A stretch of DNA of 64,000 bases from Acidimicrobiales bacterium (GTDB lineage Bacteria > Actinomycetota > Acidimicrobiia > Acidimicrobiales > DATDAH01), in the NCBI GenBank assembly GCA_041918615.1, contig JAYRVH010000013.1:190-64189 (forward strand), in the 5' to 3' direction. Numbering within the stretch: the first letter of the stretch is position 1; every line of letters starts with the position of its first letter. Shown piece by piece: positions 35,588 through 45,009 of the stretch. The notes under the pieces were generated by a model. The model saw only the letters and a program-made list of their open reading frames with translations, was not told the origin of the DNA and ran no database searches. A program made the position numbers and the translations under genes.

Positions 35588-35674
35588 GGTGGGTTCCTTT
35601 CGGCGTGGATGAACTACTGACACCATAGGTGCCACTTGTTCGCCTCGCTCAGTGAACGCTGTTAACCTCCGGTC

Positions 35675-37390
35675 GTGCCGACACCACGATCGCTGACGAC
35701 CGCCGCCCACGAGGACTTCGACCTGCACGTCACCTCCGGCGTCTGGCCCACCGACCTCCAGGGCGAGGTTCTCTTCTCCAGCCCCCAGATCACGGGCCGC
35801 ACCGACTACGGGATCTTCGACTTCGGGGCGATGCACCGGTTGTCGCTGCGTCCCGGGACGCGCGGCGCCCCACCCGACGCCCTCGCGTGGCAGGCCCGAT
35901 CGATCCAGTCGCCGGCCAAGCGGCTCTTCGACGCCGTCCCGGAGCTGTTCACCGGTGGCCCGATCGGGTACAGCTCGCCGTTCGGCTCACCGAACTGCGC
36001 GAACACCGCACCGCTCCCCTGGGGCGATCGTCTCTACGCCACCTGGGACGCCGGCCGGCCGGTCGAACTGCACCCCGACACGCTCGACTTCGTCGCCGAG
36101 GTGGGCCACATCGACACCTGGGGCGGGCCGTCCATGGGCAGCGACACGGTGCTGCCCATGCTGCTCTCGACCGCGCACCCCGTCGTCGACCCCGAGCGCG
36201 ACTGCCTCTGGACGGCCAAGCTCGAGCCGGTCACCGAGCCCACCTTCGGCATGCGCCCGTCCGTCGTCCGCTACGACGGCGACGGCACCACCGTCCGACA
36301 CTGGCCCCTCGACGGGGTGTCGTTCGCCGGCTCGATCCACACCGTGAGCCAGACGCGCGAATGGGTGATCTTCTCGGACTCGGGCAACTTCAAAGCCGAT
36401 CCCGCCGAGATCTTCGGCGGCGACCGCACGCTCACCATCGACGAGGCCGTGCCCGTGTGGCTCATCCGCAAGGACGTCCTCGAGGCCACCCCCTCCGGAA
36501 CCCCCGTGACGCCGATCGCGCTCACCATGGCCCCACCGTCCGGCCACTACTACGCCCGCTACGACGACGCCGACGGGATCTCGGTGGTGTGGGAGGGCAT
36601 GGACCTGATGGACCTCGCCCTCTACATGAAGCCGGACGACGTCGACGTGAACGGGCAGCCCGTCGATCCCGCCGTGGTCGGCCTCTACAACATGGCGATG
36701 GCGCCCGAGACGCTCACCGAGGTGCTCTTCGACCCCGAGACCGGGCAGGTGAAGGAGCAGGGGGTCTTCAAGGAGGACTGGGCCTTCAACCTCCAGCTCT
36801 CGGGCATGGACTGGACGCTCGAGGGGCTCTCGCACCCCACGCTCCACCACGTGGCCTACCAGGGGTGCCGTTCCGGTCGGATCAGCGAACGGGCCGCCAC
36901 CCTCTACGCCGACCGGATCGACCGGGGAGCGGTGGCCGAGGACACCGCCGGCGCGCTGGCGACGTTCCGGCGCGGGAGCATCGAGCTGGTGTCACGGTGG
37001 GAGTACCCCGACGTCGGCGACCTCATCAGCTCCCCCACCTTCGTGCCACGCCAGAGCACCCCTGCCGGCGCCGAAGGCAGGTACGCCAGCGCAGACCCCG
37101 GCGGCCATGACGGCTACGTGGTGCAACCCGTGTTCAACGACGACGGGTTCCGCGTCGACCTCTTCGATGCCGCCGACGTCGGAGCCGGCCCCCTCGCGAC
37201 GGCACGACCGGCGGCCGGTCGTTGCGTGCCCATGCTGCTGCACTCGGCGTGGATGCCCACCTACAGCGAGCTCGCCGACGCCGAACGCCTCCACTTCTCC
37301 GACGAGCTCACCGACGCTCGGCTCGCCACGGTGCCCGAACCGCACCGTGGCCTGGTGCGCCAGGTGGCCGGCGGGTTGGACACGACCTGA
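35675..37390 (+). CDS. divergent carotenoid-oxygenase-like beta-propeller protein
   Basis: 571 aa with blocks like NTAPLPWGDRLYATWDAG, STAHPVVDP and IHTVSQTREWVIFSD, resembling CCD-family His blocks. More distant than the 16355 gene. Confidence 0.65.
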   Translation: MPTPRSLTTAAHEDFDLHVTSGVWPTDLQGEVLFSSPQITGRTDYGIFDFGAMHRLSLRPGTRGAPPDALAWQARSIQSPAKRLFDAVPELFTGGPIGYSSPFGSPNCANTAPLPWGDRLYATWDAGRPVELHPDTLDFVAEVGHIDTWGGPSMGSDTVLPMLLSTAHPVVDPERDCLWTAKLEPVTEPTFGMRPSVVRYDGDGTTVRHWPLDGVSFAGSIHTVSQTREWVIFSDSGNFKADPAEIFGGDRTLTIDEAVPVWLIRKDVLEATPSGTPVTPIALTMAPPSGHYYARYDDADGISVVWEGMDLMDLALYMKPDDVDVNGQPVDPAVVGLYNMAMAPETLTEVLFDPETGQVKEQGVFKEDWAFNLQLSGMDWTLEGLSHPTLHHVAYQGCRSGRISERAATLYADRIDRGAVAEDTAGALATFRRGSIELVSRWEYPDVGDLISSPTFVPRQSTPAGAEGRYASADPGGHDGYVVQPVFNDDGFRVDLFDAADVGAGPLATARPAAGRCVPMLLHSAWMPTYSELADAERLHFSDELTDARLATVPEPHRGLVRQVAGGLDTT

Positions 37391-37480
37391 CAGCCGTCAG
37401 CCCTCGACCGAGCGAGCCCGACCACAGCCCCTCCACTCCTGAACGGGCGAAACCCTCAAGCGGGACCTGCCATCGGGTCG

Positions 37481-39913
37481 ATGGTGTCAGGGATGAGGGC
37501 GAGAGCGATACAGGCGCGCCGGAGGTGGGTTGCCCGTAGTCGGCGCATTGCGTCGATCGGGTCGGTCGTTCCGCTCGGGCTCGCGTTCGCGTTCGTCGTC
37601 GCGACGTTCTTCGCCGTGTCGGCACGCAACGACGCCGCGAGCAGGGCCCAGGTCGACGGACGCGCCGCCCGACTTGATGCAGCCATGGCGCCGCTGGGGA
37701 ACGCCTATCTGCGCGAGTTCACGTTGCTCGGCCAGGCTGCCCTGGGCTTCCCCGCCGACGAAGCGCTCGCCGTCGCCACCCAGCAGCGGGAGGAGCAGCG
37801 GAACAGGGCCCTGCGCCGCCTTGATGCCCTCGCACGAGGCGACGACAGCGTCGCCGACGTCGCTCGACAGCTGACCGCGAAGCTCCGCGAGCAGCAGGGC
37901 GACGACAGCGACGGTCAACTGCTCGCCCTCTGGGACGACTGGGCGATCCTCGACGGCCTCGCGTCCGACCAGGGCAACTACCACACACCCACGCGGGACG
38001 CGCTCGGTGCACTCGCCCAGGTCGGCCAGACGCCGTGGCTGGTGACCAGCGACATGGTCGACGCCGAGTATGTGCGATTGGAGCCGGACGTGCCGGCATC
38101 CACCGAGGACTACTTCGCCCGATCAGGGCCCTATGTGCTGGGAGGAGAGGCCGGGTGGCTGTCGGATGACCGCGACGACCCGTTCTCCGGCGAGTGGGTT
38201 CCGCGTGATCTCGTTCGCCGCCACCTGCCCCACACCGAGTCCGCCCTGGTGGATGTCCTCGGGTCACCGGAGGTGGACGACCTCGTGCGGCTCGACCGCT
38301 GGGTCAAGGCATGGGCCGAACGCGCTCAAGGCCCGCCCCCGTTGTCCTTCACCCAGGCGACGGCGGTCGCCGACCGGCTCGATCGCCAGCTCTCGCGGGT
38401 GGTGAACACGGGCCTTCGGGACCGCGTCGCCCGTTCCGAACGGGCCGCGACCGATGCCGAACGCGATCGATGGCTCGCTGCCGGAGCCGGCGCGATCGCC
38501 GTTCTGGTCTGCCTTCTCACCCAGGTCGCGATCGCCCGTCGCCATCAGCGGCGCTGGATCGCGCTCACCGAGGCGTCGGAGACCGACGACCTGACCGGGT
38601 TGACGAACCGTCGCGGGTTGGAGCGGCGGGTGCCTCCTCGTCTCGCAGACCCGGATCGGGCGAGTCACGTCCTCGTCCAGGTCGACCTCGATCGGTTCAA
38701 GGCCGTGAACGACACGTACGGGCACAAGGCGGGTGACACCGTGCTGCGAGCATTCGCCGCGTGCGCCCGGACCGTCGTAGCGGACCTGGCCCCGAACCGC
38801 TACAGCCACGAGCTCGCCCGCATCGGGGGCGACGAGTTTCTGATCGTGCTGCACGACTGCGTTGAACCGAGGGCAGCGGCCGAGCAACTGCTCGAGGCCC
38901 TCGAGGCCTCCCTGAAGGCTCCGGTGAACGTCGGTGACGCCACGGTCGACCTGGCCGTCAGCGGGGGGGTGGCGATCACCACCGGCCCGGCCGCGCTCGC
39001 CGACCTGTTGGCCGAGGCGGACGTCGCGCTCTACCAGGCCAAGAGCGAGGGCCAGCGCGGCTTTCGATTCTTCGACGAACCGCTCCTCCGTGAGATCCTG
39101 CGCGACTTCCCTACCCACGCCCGTCTCGGCGCGGTCGAGGCCCATCTCCAGCCCCAGGTCGATCTCGAGACAGGTCACGTGGTCGCCTACGAGGCCCTGG
39201 CCCGATGGACGCGTGGGGATCGCCTGGCGGTCGCGGCCGGACAATGGGTCAGCATCGTCGAGCAGATGGGCGCCAGCGGGATTCTGTTCGACGCCATGGC
39301 CCGATCCAGCGCGCTCGCCCTGGAGCAACTCGGGAACCGCTTCCACGGCCGGGTGTGGTTGAACCTCGCTCCACCCGCCCTCGCCGAGCACACGGCCGCC
39401 GACTCGCTCCTCGCGTCGCTCGACGCGGTCGGCCTTCCTCCCACCCGCGTCGGGGTCGAGATCGTCGAGACCGCAGGCATCGTCGATCTCGAGGTTGCCG
39501 CGCGGAACCTCGACCGGCTCCGCAGCGCCGGGATCGCGGTGGCCCTCGACGACTTCGGCAGCGGATTCACACCGATCGGCCACCTCACCGCCCTGCCGAT
39601 CGACCTCATCAAGCTCGATCGATCGATGATCGCCGCCGTCGATGAGCGCCCCCGGCAGGCCGCTCTCGTGGCCGCCATGGTCACGGTGGCGGCTTCGCTG
39701 GGCATCGCGCTGATCGCGGAGGGCATCGAAACCGTCCAGGAGATGGCCGCGCTCCGGTCACTGGGCGTGACCCTCGGTCAGGGCTATCTGCTCGGGCGGC
39801 CCGCCCCTGCGACGGACTTCCTCCTCCCGTCGGCGCGACCGTCCCGGCGCGCCGCACCCGAGCCGGCGGGCATCACCGGGGCCGTCACGCCACCAGTCGC
39901 CGCTCCCGCCTGA
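37481..39913 (+). CDS. GGDEF-EAL protein with N-terminal TM and sensor region
   Basis: IGGDEFLIV (GGDEF), YEALARW...DDFGSGFTPI (EAL). Two TM segments bracket a ~270-aa region. Confidence 0.85.
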   Translation: MVSGMRARAIQARRRWVARSRRIASIGSVVPLGLAFAFVVATFFAVSARNDAASRAQVDGRAARLDAAMAPLGNAYLREFTLLGQAALGFPADEALAVATQQREEQRNRALRRLDALARGDDSVADVARQLTAKLREQQGDDSDGQLLALWDDWAILDGLASDQGNYHTPTRDALGALAQVGQTPWLVTSDMVDAEYVRLEPDVPASTEDYFARSGPYVLGGEAGWLSDDRDDPFSGEWVPRDLVRRHLPHTESALVDVLGSPEVDDLVRLDRWVKAWAERAQGPPPLSFTQATAVADRLDRQLSRVVNTGLRDRVARSERAATDAERDRWLAAGAGAIAVLVCLLTQVAIARRHQRRWIALTEASETDDLTGLTNRRGLERRVPPRLADPDRASHVLVQVDLDRFKAVNDTYGHKAGDTVLRAFAACARTVVADLAPNRYSHELARIGGDEFLIVLHDCVEPRAAAEQLLEALEASLKAPVNVGDATVDLAVSGGVAITTGPAALADLLAEADVALYQAKSEGQRGFRFFDEPLLREILRDFPTHARLGAVEAHLQPQVDLETGHVVAYEALARWTRGDRLAVAAGQWVSIVEQMGASGILFDAMARSSALALEQLGNRFHGRVWLNLAPPALAEHTAADSLLASLDAVGLPPTRVGVEIVETAGIVDLEVAARNLDRLRSAGIAVALDDFGSGFTPIGHLTALPIDLIKLDRSMIAAVDERPRQAALVAAMVTVAASLGIALIAEGIETVQEMAALRSLGVTLGQGYLLGRPAPATDFLLPSARPSRRAAPEPAGITGAVTPPVAAPA

Positions 39914-39955
39914 ACCACCTGCCGACAGGACCGGCCAGGGGAGACGACCTGACCG

Positions 39956-41170
39956 TCAGGCGTGCTCGACCAAGTGGTCGAGCACGTCGGAGACGGCGCA
40001 CCCCGCCGGGATGTCGTCAGGGCCGATGGCCAGGTCGATGGCGCGGTGGAAGTGATGGATGAGCCGTTCGTTCCAGCCGATCTGGAACGGGCGGGCCCCG
40101 GGCGACTCGATCGACGCCTGGATGCCACCGAGGTTGGCGGTGTCCTGGGCCATGACGGTCTCGAACAGGTCCATGAGGGCCAGGTTCTCGGCGACCGGCT
40201 CGCCGTCGCCCCAGTCGGGGGCGAACCATTGCAGCTCGAGCTCGGTGGTGCGGTCGTCGACGGGCCACATGCACAGGAACGTGAACGCGCCGGCGTCCAT
40301 GGGGGCGACCAGGTTGGGGAAGATGCCGAACGAGGTGCTGGTCTCGCGCCACAGCTCGCCTACCGACGGGTTGTTCGCCTCGGCACAGGGCTTGACGATC
40401 TCGGCCATGCCGTCCTGTTTGGCCACACTGAGCCGGCTGTGCCCGTTGGGCAACATGGCGACGGTCAGTGACCGGTCGTCGTAGAGCAGCGCGGCGTTGT
40501 CGGGGTGCACCGTACGGATGTGGTACACCTCGAGGAACGCGTCGACCATCAGCTTCCAGTTGGCGGGTACCCGGTGGGTCCTGGTGCCCAGCTTGCGTAG
40601 GCTCGGCCCGTTGATCTCGGCCATCTGGTCGACCAGCGGGCCGAGGTGATCGGCCAGCGGCGTCGCCTCGGGGTCCTCGTTCACGTAGACCCAGCCGTCC
40701 GACGTCTCACAGCGCACGGGGACGAGGCCCAGCTGGCCGGTGTCGAGATCGACGAAATTGCGGTCGTCGGGCACGGCTCGCAGCACCCCCTCGGTGTCGT
40801 ACGACCAGGAGTGGTACTGACAGGTGAGTCGCTTGGCGGTGCCGCACGCTCCCTTCACCACCGGCGCCCCGCGATGCCGACAGCTGTTGTAGAACGCGCG
40901 GAGCACCCGGTCCTGGCCGCGGACGATGACGATAGGCGCCCCGGTACGGGTGAAGAGCTTGTAGGACCCCGGCTCGGCGACCTCGGACTCATGGCCGGCG
41001 AACAACCAGGAGCGCCGCCACACCCGCTCGTGCTCGAGTGCAGTGAAGGTGGGATCGAGGTAGCGCTCCACCGGGATGAGCGGTACCGCACGGGCGTCAG
41101 GCGGTGGGCCGGTGCGAGCCTTGTCGGCGGCGAGGCGCTCCCGGATGCTTGCTTCGAGCGTGGCTTCCAT
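39956..41170 (-). CDS. Rieske (2Fe-2S) aromatic-ring-hydroxylating oxygenase alpha subunit (no beta subunit nearby)
   Basis: CRHRG...CQYHSWSY Rieske motif. 404 aa. Confidence 0.9.
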   Translation of the reverse strand: MEATLEASIRERLAADKARTGPPPDARAVPLIPVERYLDPTFTALEHERVWRRSWLFAGHESEVAEPGSYKLFTRTGAPIVIVRGQDRVLRAFYNSCRHRGAPVVKGACGTAKRLTCQYHSWSYDTEGVLRAVPDDRNFVDLDTGQLGLVPVRCETSDGWVYVNEDPEATPLADHLGPLVDQMAEINGPSLRKLGTRTHRVPANWKLMVDAFLEVYHIRTVHPDNAALLYDDRSLTVAMLPNGHSRLSVAKQDGMAEIVKPCAEANNPSVGELWRETSTSFGIFPNLVAPMDAGAFTFLCMWPVDDRTTELELQWFAPDWGDGEPVAENLALMDLFETVMAQDTANLGGIQASIESPGARPFQIGWNERLIHHFHRAIDLAIGPDDIPAGCAVSDVLDHLVEHA

Positions 41171-41222
41171 GCTTCCTCGGTATCGGTTGGCGTTGACCCC
41201 ATACGCTCAGCGGCAGGGCGGA

Positions 41223-41241
41223 GGGTGAACGGCGTTCACCC
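41223..41241. promoter_or_regulatory. perfect palindrome GGGTGAAC-GGC-GTTCACCC between the amidohydrolase_2 stop and the Rieske gene start
   Basis: 8-bp arms with a 3-bp spacer, read directly from the sequence. Either an operator or a U-tract-less terminator hairpin. Confidence 0.4.
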
Positions 41242-41266
41242 GGCACAGTAGCGGCCCGACCGAGCC

Positions 41267-42259
41267 TCAGGCATCGAGGCGCAGGAGGCGGCGGGCGTTG
41301 CGGTCCATGGTGGCGGCCAGGGCCCGGTCGCCACCGCTCGGCTCCGCGCCCTCGTCCCAGCCGGCCAGGTTGGTGCCGGCGACCAGCCGATCGGGCCCGA
41401 ACGAGGCCAGGAGCGCGGCGAGGGCCGTGGGCCCGCCCACGTGCGCGTCCCACCAGAGTCGCCCGAGGAGCGACTCCACCGCACCGTCGCGGCGCAGGTC
41501 GTCACCGGCCCACGCACGCGTGCGGGCGGCGTGGGCCATGCGCTCGGCCAGCCAACTCGTGGCACCACCGCCGTGCGAGAGGCAGATGTCGAGGTTCGGG
41601 TGGCGCGTCAGCACGCCGCCGAGCACCAGGGTGGCGACGGCCAACGCCTCCTCGTAGGCGAAGCCGAGCCACAGGTCGGCGTCGAAGCGGGCGAGGCGGT
41701 CGTCACGACGGGGGCGGTCGATCCCGCCGGGCGCCGGGTGCACGAAGACCGGCACGTCGAGCGCGCAGCACGCCTCGTAGACCGCGTCGAGGGCCGGGTC
41801 GTCGAGGGGCCGGCCCACGTCCGTGCCGATGTAGGCGCCGATCAGGCCCAGCTCGGCGACGGCCCGACGGAGCTCGTCCGTGGCGCGCCGGGGGTCTTGC
41901 AGCGGGAGTTGGGCAAGTCCCCGCAGTCGGGTCGGGTGCCCGCCGACCAGCTCGGCCATGCCGTCGTTGTGGGCCCGGCAGAACGCGACGGCGTCGTCGG
42001 CCTCGATGTGATGGAAGAAGGTGAGCGGGTTGGGCGACAGCACCTGCAGGTCGATCCCGAGGGCGTCCATCCGCTCGATCCGGCGATCGACGTCCATGAA
42101 CGCGGTCCCGCGATAGCGCACGCCCTCGAGTACGTAGCCGCCTACCCGGAAGCACGGCGGCCGACCGGTGCCGAGGTCGCCCTCGTCCAGCTCGGGGCCG
42201 TGCACGCCCGCGGCACCGAGTGCCTGCTCGAGCACGACATGCGCGTGGAGGTCGATCAT
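41267..42259 (-). CDS. amidohydrolase_2-family protein (ACMSD/LigW-like decarboxylase/hydrolase)
   Basis: Internal ATG 42259 (MIDLHAHVV...), plus VFVHP and LSHGGG blocks. Confidence 0.85.
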   Translation of the reverse strand: MIDLHAHVVLEQALGAAGVHGPELDEGDLGTGRPPCFRVGGYVLEGVRYRGTAFMDVDRRIERMDALGIDLQVLSPNPLTFFHHIEADDAVAFCRAHNDGMAELVGGHPTRLRGLAQLPLQDPRRATDELRRAVAELGLIGAYIGTDVGRPLDDPALDAVYEACCALDVPVFVHPAPGGIDRPRRDDRLARFDADLWLGFAYEEALAVATLVLGGVLTRHPNLDICLSHGGGATSWLAERMAHAARTRAWAGDDLRRDGAVESLLGRLWWDAHVGGPTALAALLASFGPDRLVAGTNLAGWDEGAEPSGGDRALAATMDRNARRLLRLDA

Positions 42260-42281
42260 CCGACTCTGGCCCGTGGTCGCC

Positions 42282-43493
42282 TTACGACGGGAACACCACG
42301 GGGTACCGGCCCCAATAGCCGCGGGTGTTCTCGGGGTCGACGAACGGGGGGTCGCCAGGATCGGGGCGCACGCCCCGGTCGAGCGCGGCGCGGACGGCCA
42401 CCGGCACCAGGCCGTACAGATGGTCGTCGCTGACGCCGGCGCCCATCGGGTCGACGCCGGCGGCGAGGTCCTGGCCGATGCAGGCGTGCATGCCCAGGCC
42501 GAAGCTGAGCCCCCACGGGGCGACCCCGCCCGGCAACGCACGGTGCGGGTCGAACCGGTCGGCATCGGGTCCGAACACCGACGGGTCACGGTTCACCGCC
42601 ATGAGGTCGATGACAAGGCGCGCGCCCTCCGGAACGTGGACGGGGCCCGGGAGGTCGACGTCGGCGAGGGCCCACCGCATCGCGATCGGGCTCGAAGGCT
42701 GCAGGCGAACCGTCTCGTGGACGCATCGCTGGAGGAAGGCGAGGTCGGTGCAGGCCCGGTCGTGGTCCTCGGGCCGCTCCTCGATCATCGAGAACACGTT
42801 GTGGATCGTCCGGACGAACGCCGTGGCGCTGGTGTGCGCCCCGGCGAGCAGGAAGAAGCAGGTCTCCCGCAGGACCACGTCGGGCGGGAGGTGCAGGTCG
42901 TCCTGGTTGCGCAGCAGGGTGGTCAGCACGTCCGTCGGCAGCTCGCGCTCGTCGACGTCGCCGCCGGCGACCGATTCGAGAAGCGACCGGCGACGCGCGA
43001 TCGACGGGACCAGGAACTCGGCGTCGAACGCCGCCAACGCGTTGGCCACCTCGGCGCGCTTGGCGTCGCGGTCACCGGTGTAGTGCGCCAGGGTGGCCCC
43101 CTCGATGAACAGCATCAGGTACGAGTAGAGCTCGAGCGTCTCCTCGGGGGTGCCCGCCGGCCGATCGACCCCCGCGGTGAAGGCGGCCAGGTTCATCATC
43201 ATCTCGTGGCTGAGGCTCACCAGCTCGGCGCGGCCCCGTTCGACGTGGGGGGCGAGCGTGCGCTCGACCACCGGCGGGAAGAACTCGCGCTCGTACCGGG
43301 CGTGCGTGTCCTTGCGGAACAGGCGGTTCTCGAGCCGCCGGCGGGCACGGTGCTCGTCGCCGTGCAGGTTCACCAGCACGTCGGCCATCACGACCTCACC
43401 CTCGTCGTAGAGGGCCTGGCGCAGATCCTTCCGGCGGTAGGCCTCGCGCGCCTGCTCGTAGGTCGAGACGGTGACGACGACGGGCTCGGTCAT
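42282..43493 (-). CDS. cytochrome P450
   Basis: I-helix LLAGAHTS, ExxR (HETVRL), heme loop FGLGMHACIG. ATG overlaps the ThuA stop (ATGA). Confidence 0.9.
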   Translation of the reverse strand: MTEPVVVTVSTYEQAREAYRRKDLRQALYDEGEVVMADVLVNLHGDEHRARRRLENRLFRKDTHARYEREFFPPVVERTLAPHVERGRAELVSLSHEMMMNLAAFTAGVDRPAGTPEETLELYSYLMLFIEGATLAHYTGDRDAKRAEVANALAAFDAEFLVPSIARRRSLLESVAGGDVDERELPTDVLTTLLRNQDDLHLPPDVVLRETCFFLLAGAHTSATAFVRTIHNVFSMIEERPEDHDRACTDLAFLQRCVHETVRLQPSSPIAMRWALADVDLPGPVHVPEGARLVIDLMAVNRDPSVFGPDADRFDPHRALPGGVAPWGLSFGLGMHACIGQDLAAGVDPMGAGVSDDHLYGLVPVAVRAALDRGVRPDPGDPPFVDPENTRGYWGRYPVVFPS

Positions 43494-44191
43494 CGGCGCC
43501 CCTCCTCACCCAGGGCCCACCGGGCGCCCCTGCGCAGGATGCAGGCATTGGCCGGATGAGCGCATGCCTCCACCGAATGTCCGAGCAGGCTCGTCACGAC
43601 CCGCCCCTCCCCCACCTGTCGGGCCCAGAGCAGCGGATGGGCCCGCCCACCGTGGTCCCCGGTGAGCAACGCCACCAGGTCGGGCTCCTCGTCGAGGAAG
43701 CCGTAGACCTCGTCCACCACGCTGAACGACTCGAGACCCTCCGTCATCGGGTGCCGGCGCCCGGCCTCGGTGACCGTGACGGTGACCTCGGCCACCGGTG
43801 GGTGCGACGAGCGGTCCCAGTCCCACGACGCGCCGACGATCGAGTGCCAGGCCGGGTGGGCATCGAAGCACACGACCGCGGTGTGCAGGGCCAGCAGGCC
43901 GCCGCCGCGTCGCACGTGGCCGGCCAGGGCCTCGGCCTCGTCGTCACGCAGCGTGAAGGACCATTCGTCGCGGAGGTCGCCGTAGCGCTCGGCGCCCATC
44001 TGCCAACGGAGCGCATTGACGGTGACGAGGTCCCAGGTGGCCCTCGGGTCGACCAGCCGCTCGAACGCCTCGTGCAGGTCGTCGACCACGAACGACTCGA
44101 CGCCGTCGGGCGCCAGCGTCTCGGCCAGCCTCGCCGAGGTCGCGGCGAGATCGTGGGTGGGGCCGCCCGAGAGCACCAGGTTGGTGGTCAC
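43490..44191 (-). CDS. ThuA-domain protein (class-I glutamine-amidotransferase-like fold)
   Basis: GTG 44191 (VTTNLVLSGGPTHD...) overlaps the SDR stop (GTGA). GGGLLALHTAV block. The rest of the 542-aa track ORF is a shadow. Confidence 0.75.
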   Translation of the reverse strand: MTTNLVLSGGPTHDLAATSARLAETLAPDGVESFVVDDLHEAFERLVDPRATWDLVTVNALRWQMGAERYGDLRDEWSFTLRDDEAEALAGHVRRGGGLLALHTAVVCFDAHPAWHSIVGASWDWDRSSHPPVAEVTVTVTEAGRRHPMTEGLESFSVVDEVYGFLDEEPDLVALLTGDHGGRAHPLLWARQVGEGRVVTSLLGHSVEACAHPANACILRRGARWALGEEGRR

Positions 44192-45009
44192 GGTCGCCCC
44201 TGCTCGGCGCCCGGATCGTCGGTAGGACCGATCGAGTCGACCGCCCGGGGCCGTGGGAGCGTCGCGATCACGCTGGCGGTCACTCCCCCGTCGACGAGCA
44301 ACTCCGTGCCGTTGACGTAGGCGGCGGTATCGGACAGCAGGAAGACCACGACCCCGGCCACGTCGGCGGCGGTGCCCAGTCGACCGAGCGGCACGCGCCC
44401 GGCCCGCCGTTCGCGGATGTCGGCGTCCGCGTAGATCGGTTCGGACATCCCGGCGTCGATGAGGCCGGGCGCCACTGCGTTGCATCGGATCTGCTGTGGT
44501 CCCCACTCGATCGCCATCTGCCGGGTGAGCAGGGCCACGCCGGCCTTGGTGGCCCCGTAGGCGCCGGCGTTCGGGCCGGCGGCGACGCCGTTCATGGAGG
44601 TGACCGTGACGATGGCACCCGCCGACCCGGAGCCGATCATCCGACGGGCGACGGCCCGAGCCGTGAGGAAGGTACCGGTGAGGTTGACCTCGACGACCGC
44701 GCGCCAGTCGGCCGCGTCGAGGGTGGCCAATGGCCCGAAGCGCACGATGCCGGCGTTGCACACCAGGCCGTCGGGAGCGTCGCGACCGGTCGCCGTCGTG
44801 AAGTCGTCGAGGGCCGCTTCGACGGTCGCCTCGTCGGTCGTGTCGGCGGTGAGGGCGACCGCCCCGGCGCCGAGCTCCCGGCAGACCCGCTCGGCCGCCT
44901 CGCCGTCGCGATCGAGCACGCCGACCGTCCACCCCTCGGCGACGGCCGCACCCGCGATCGCCCTGCCCAGACCGTTGCCGGCGCCGGTGACCACGACGGT
45001 CCGGGTCAC
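44188..45009 (-). CDS. SDR-family oxidoreductase (FabG-like)
   Basis: VVVTGAGNGLGRA, NAG, YGATKAG. GTG start overlaps the upstream stop (GTGA). Confidence 0.9.
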   Translation of the reverse strand: MTRTVVVTGAGNGLGRAIAGAAVAEGWTVGVLDRDGEAAERVCRELGAGAVALTADTTDEATVEAALDDFTTATGRDAPDGLVCNAGIVRFGPLATLDAADWRAVVEVNLTGTFLTARAVARRMIGSGSAGAIVTVTSMNGVAAGPNAGAYGATKAGVALLTRQMAIEWGPQQIRCNAVAPGLIDAGMSEPIYADADIRERRAGRVPLGRLGTAADVAGVVVFLLSDTAAYVNGTELLVDGGVTASVIATLPRPRAVDSIGPTDDPGAEQGRP

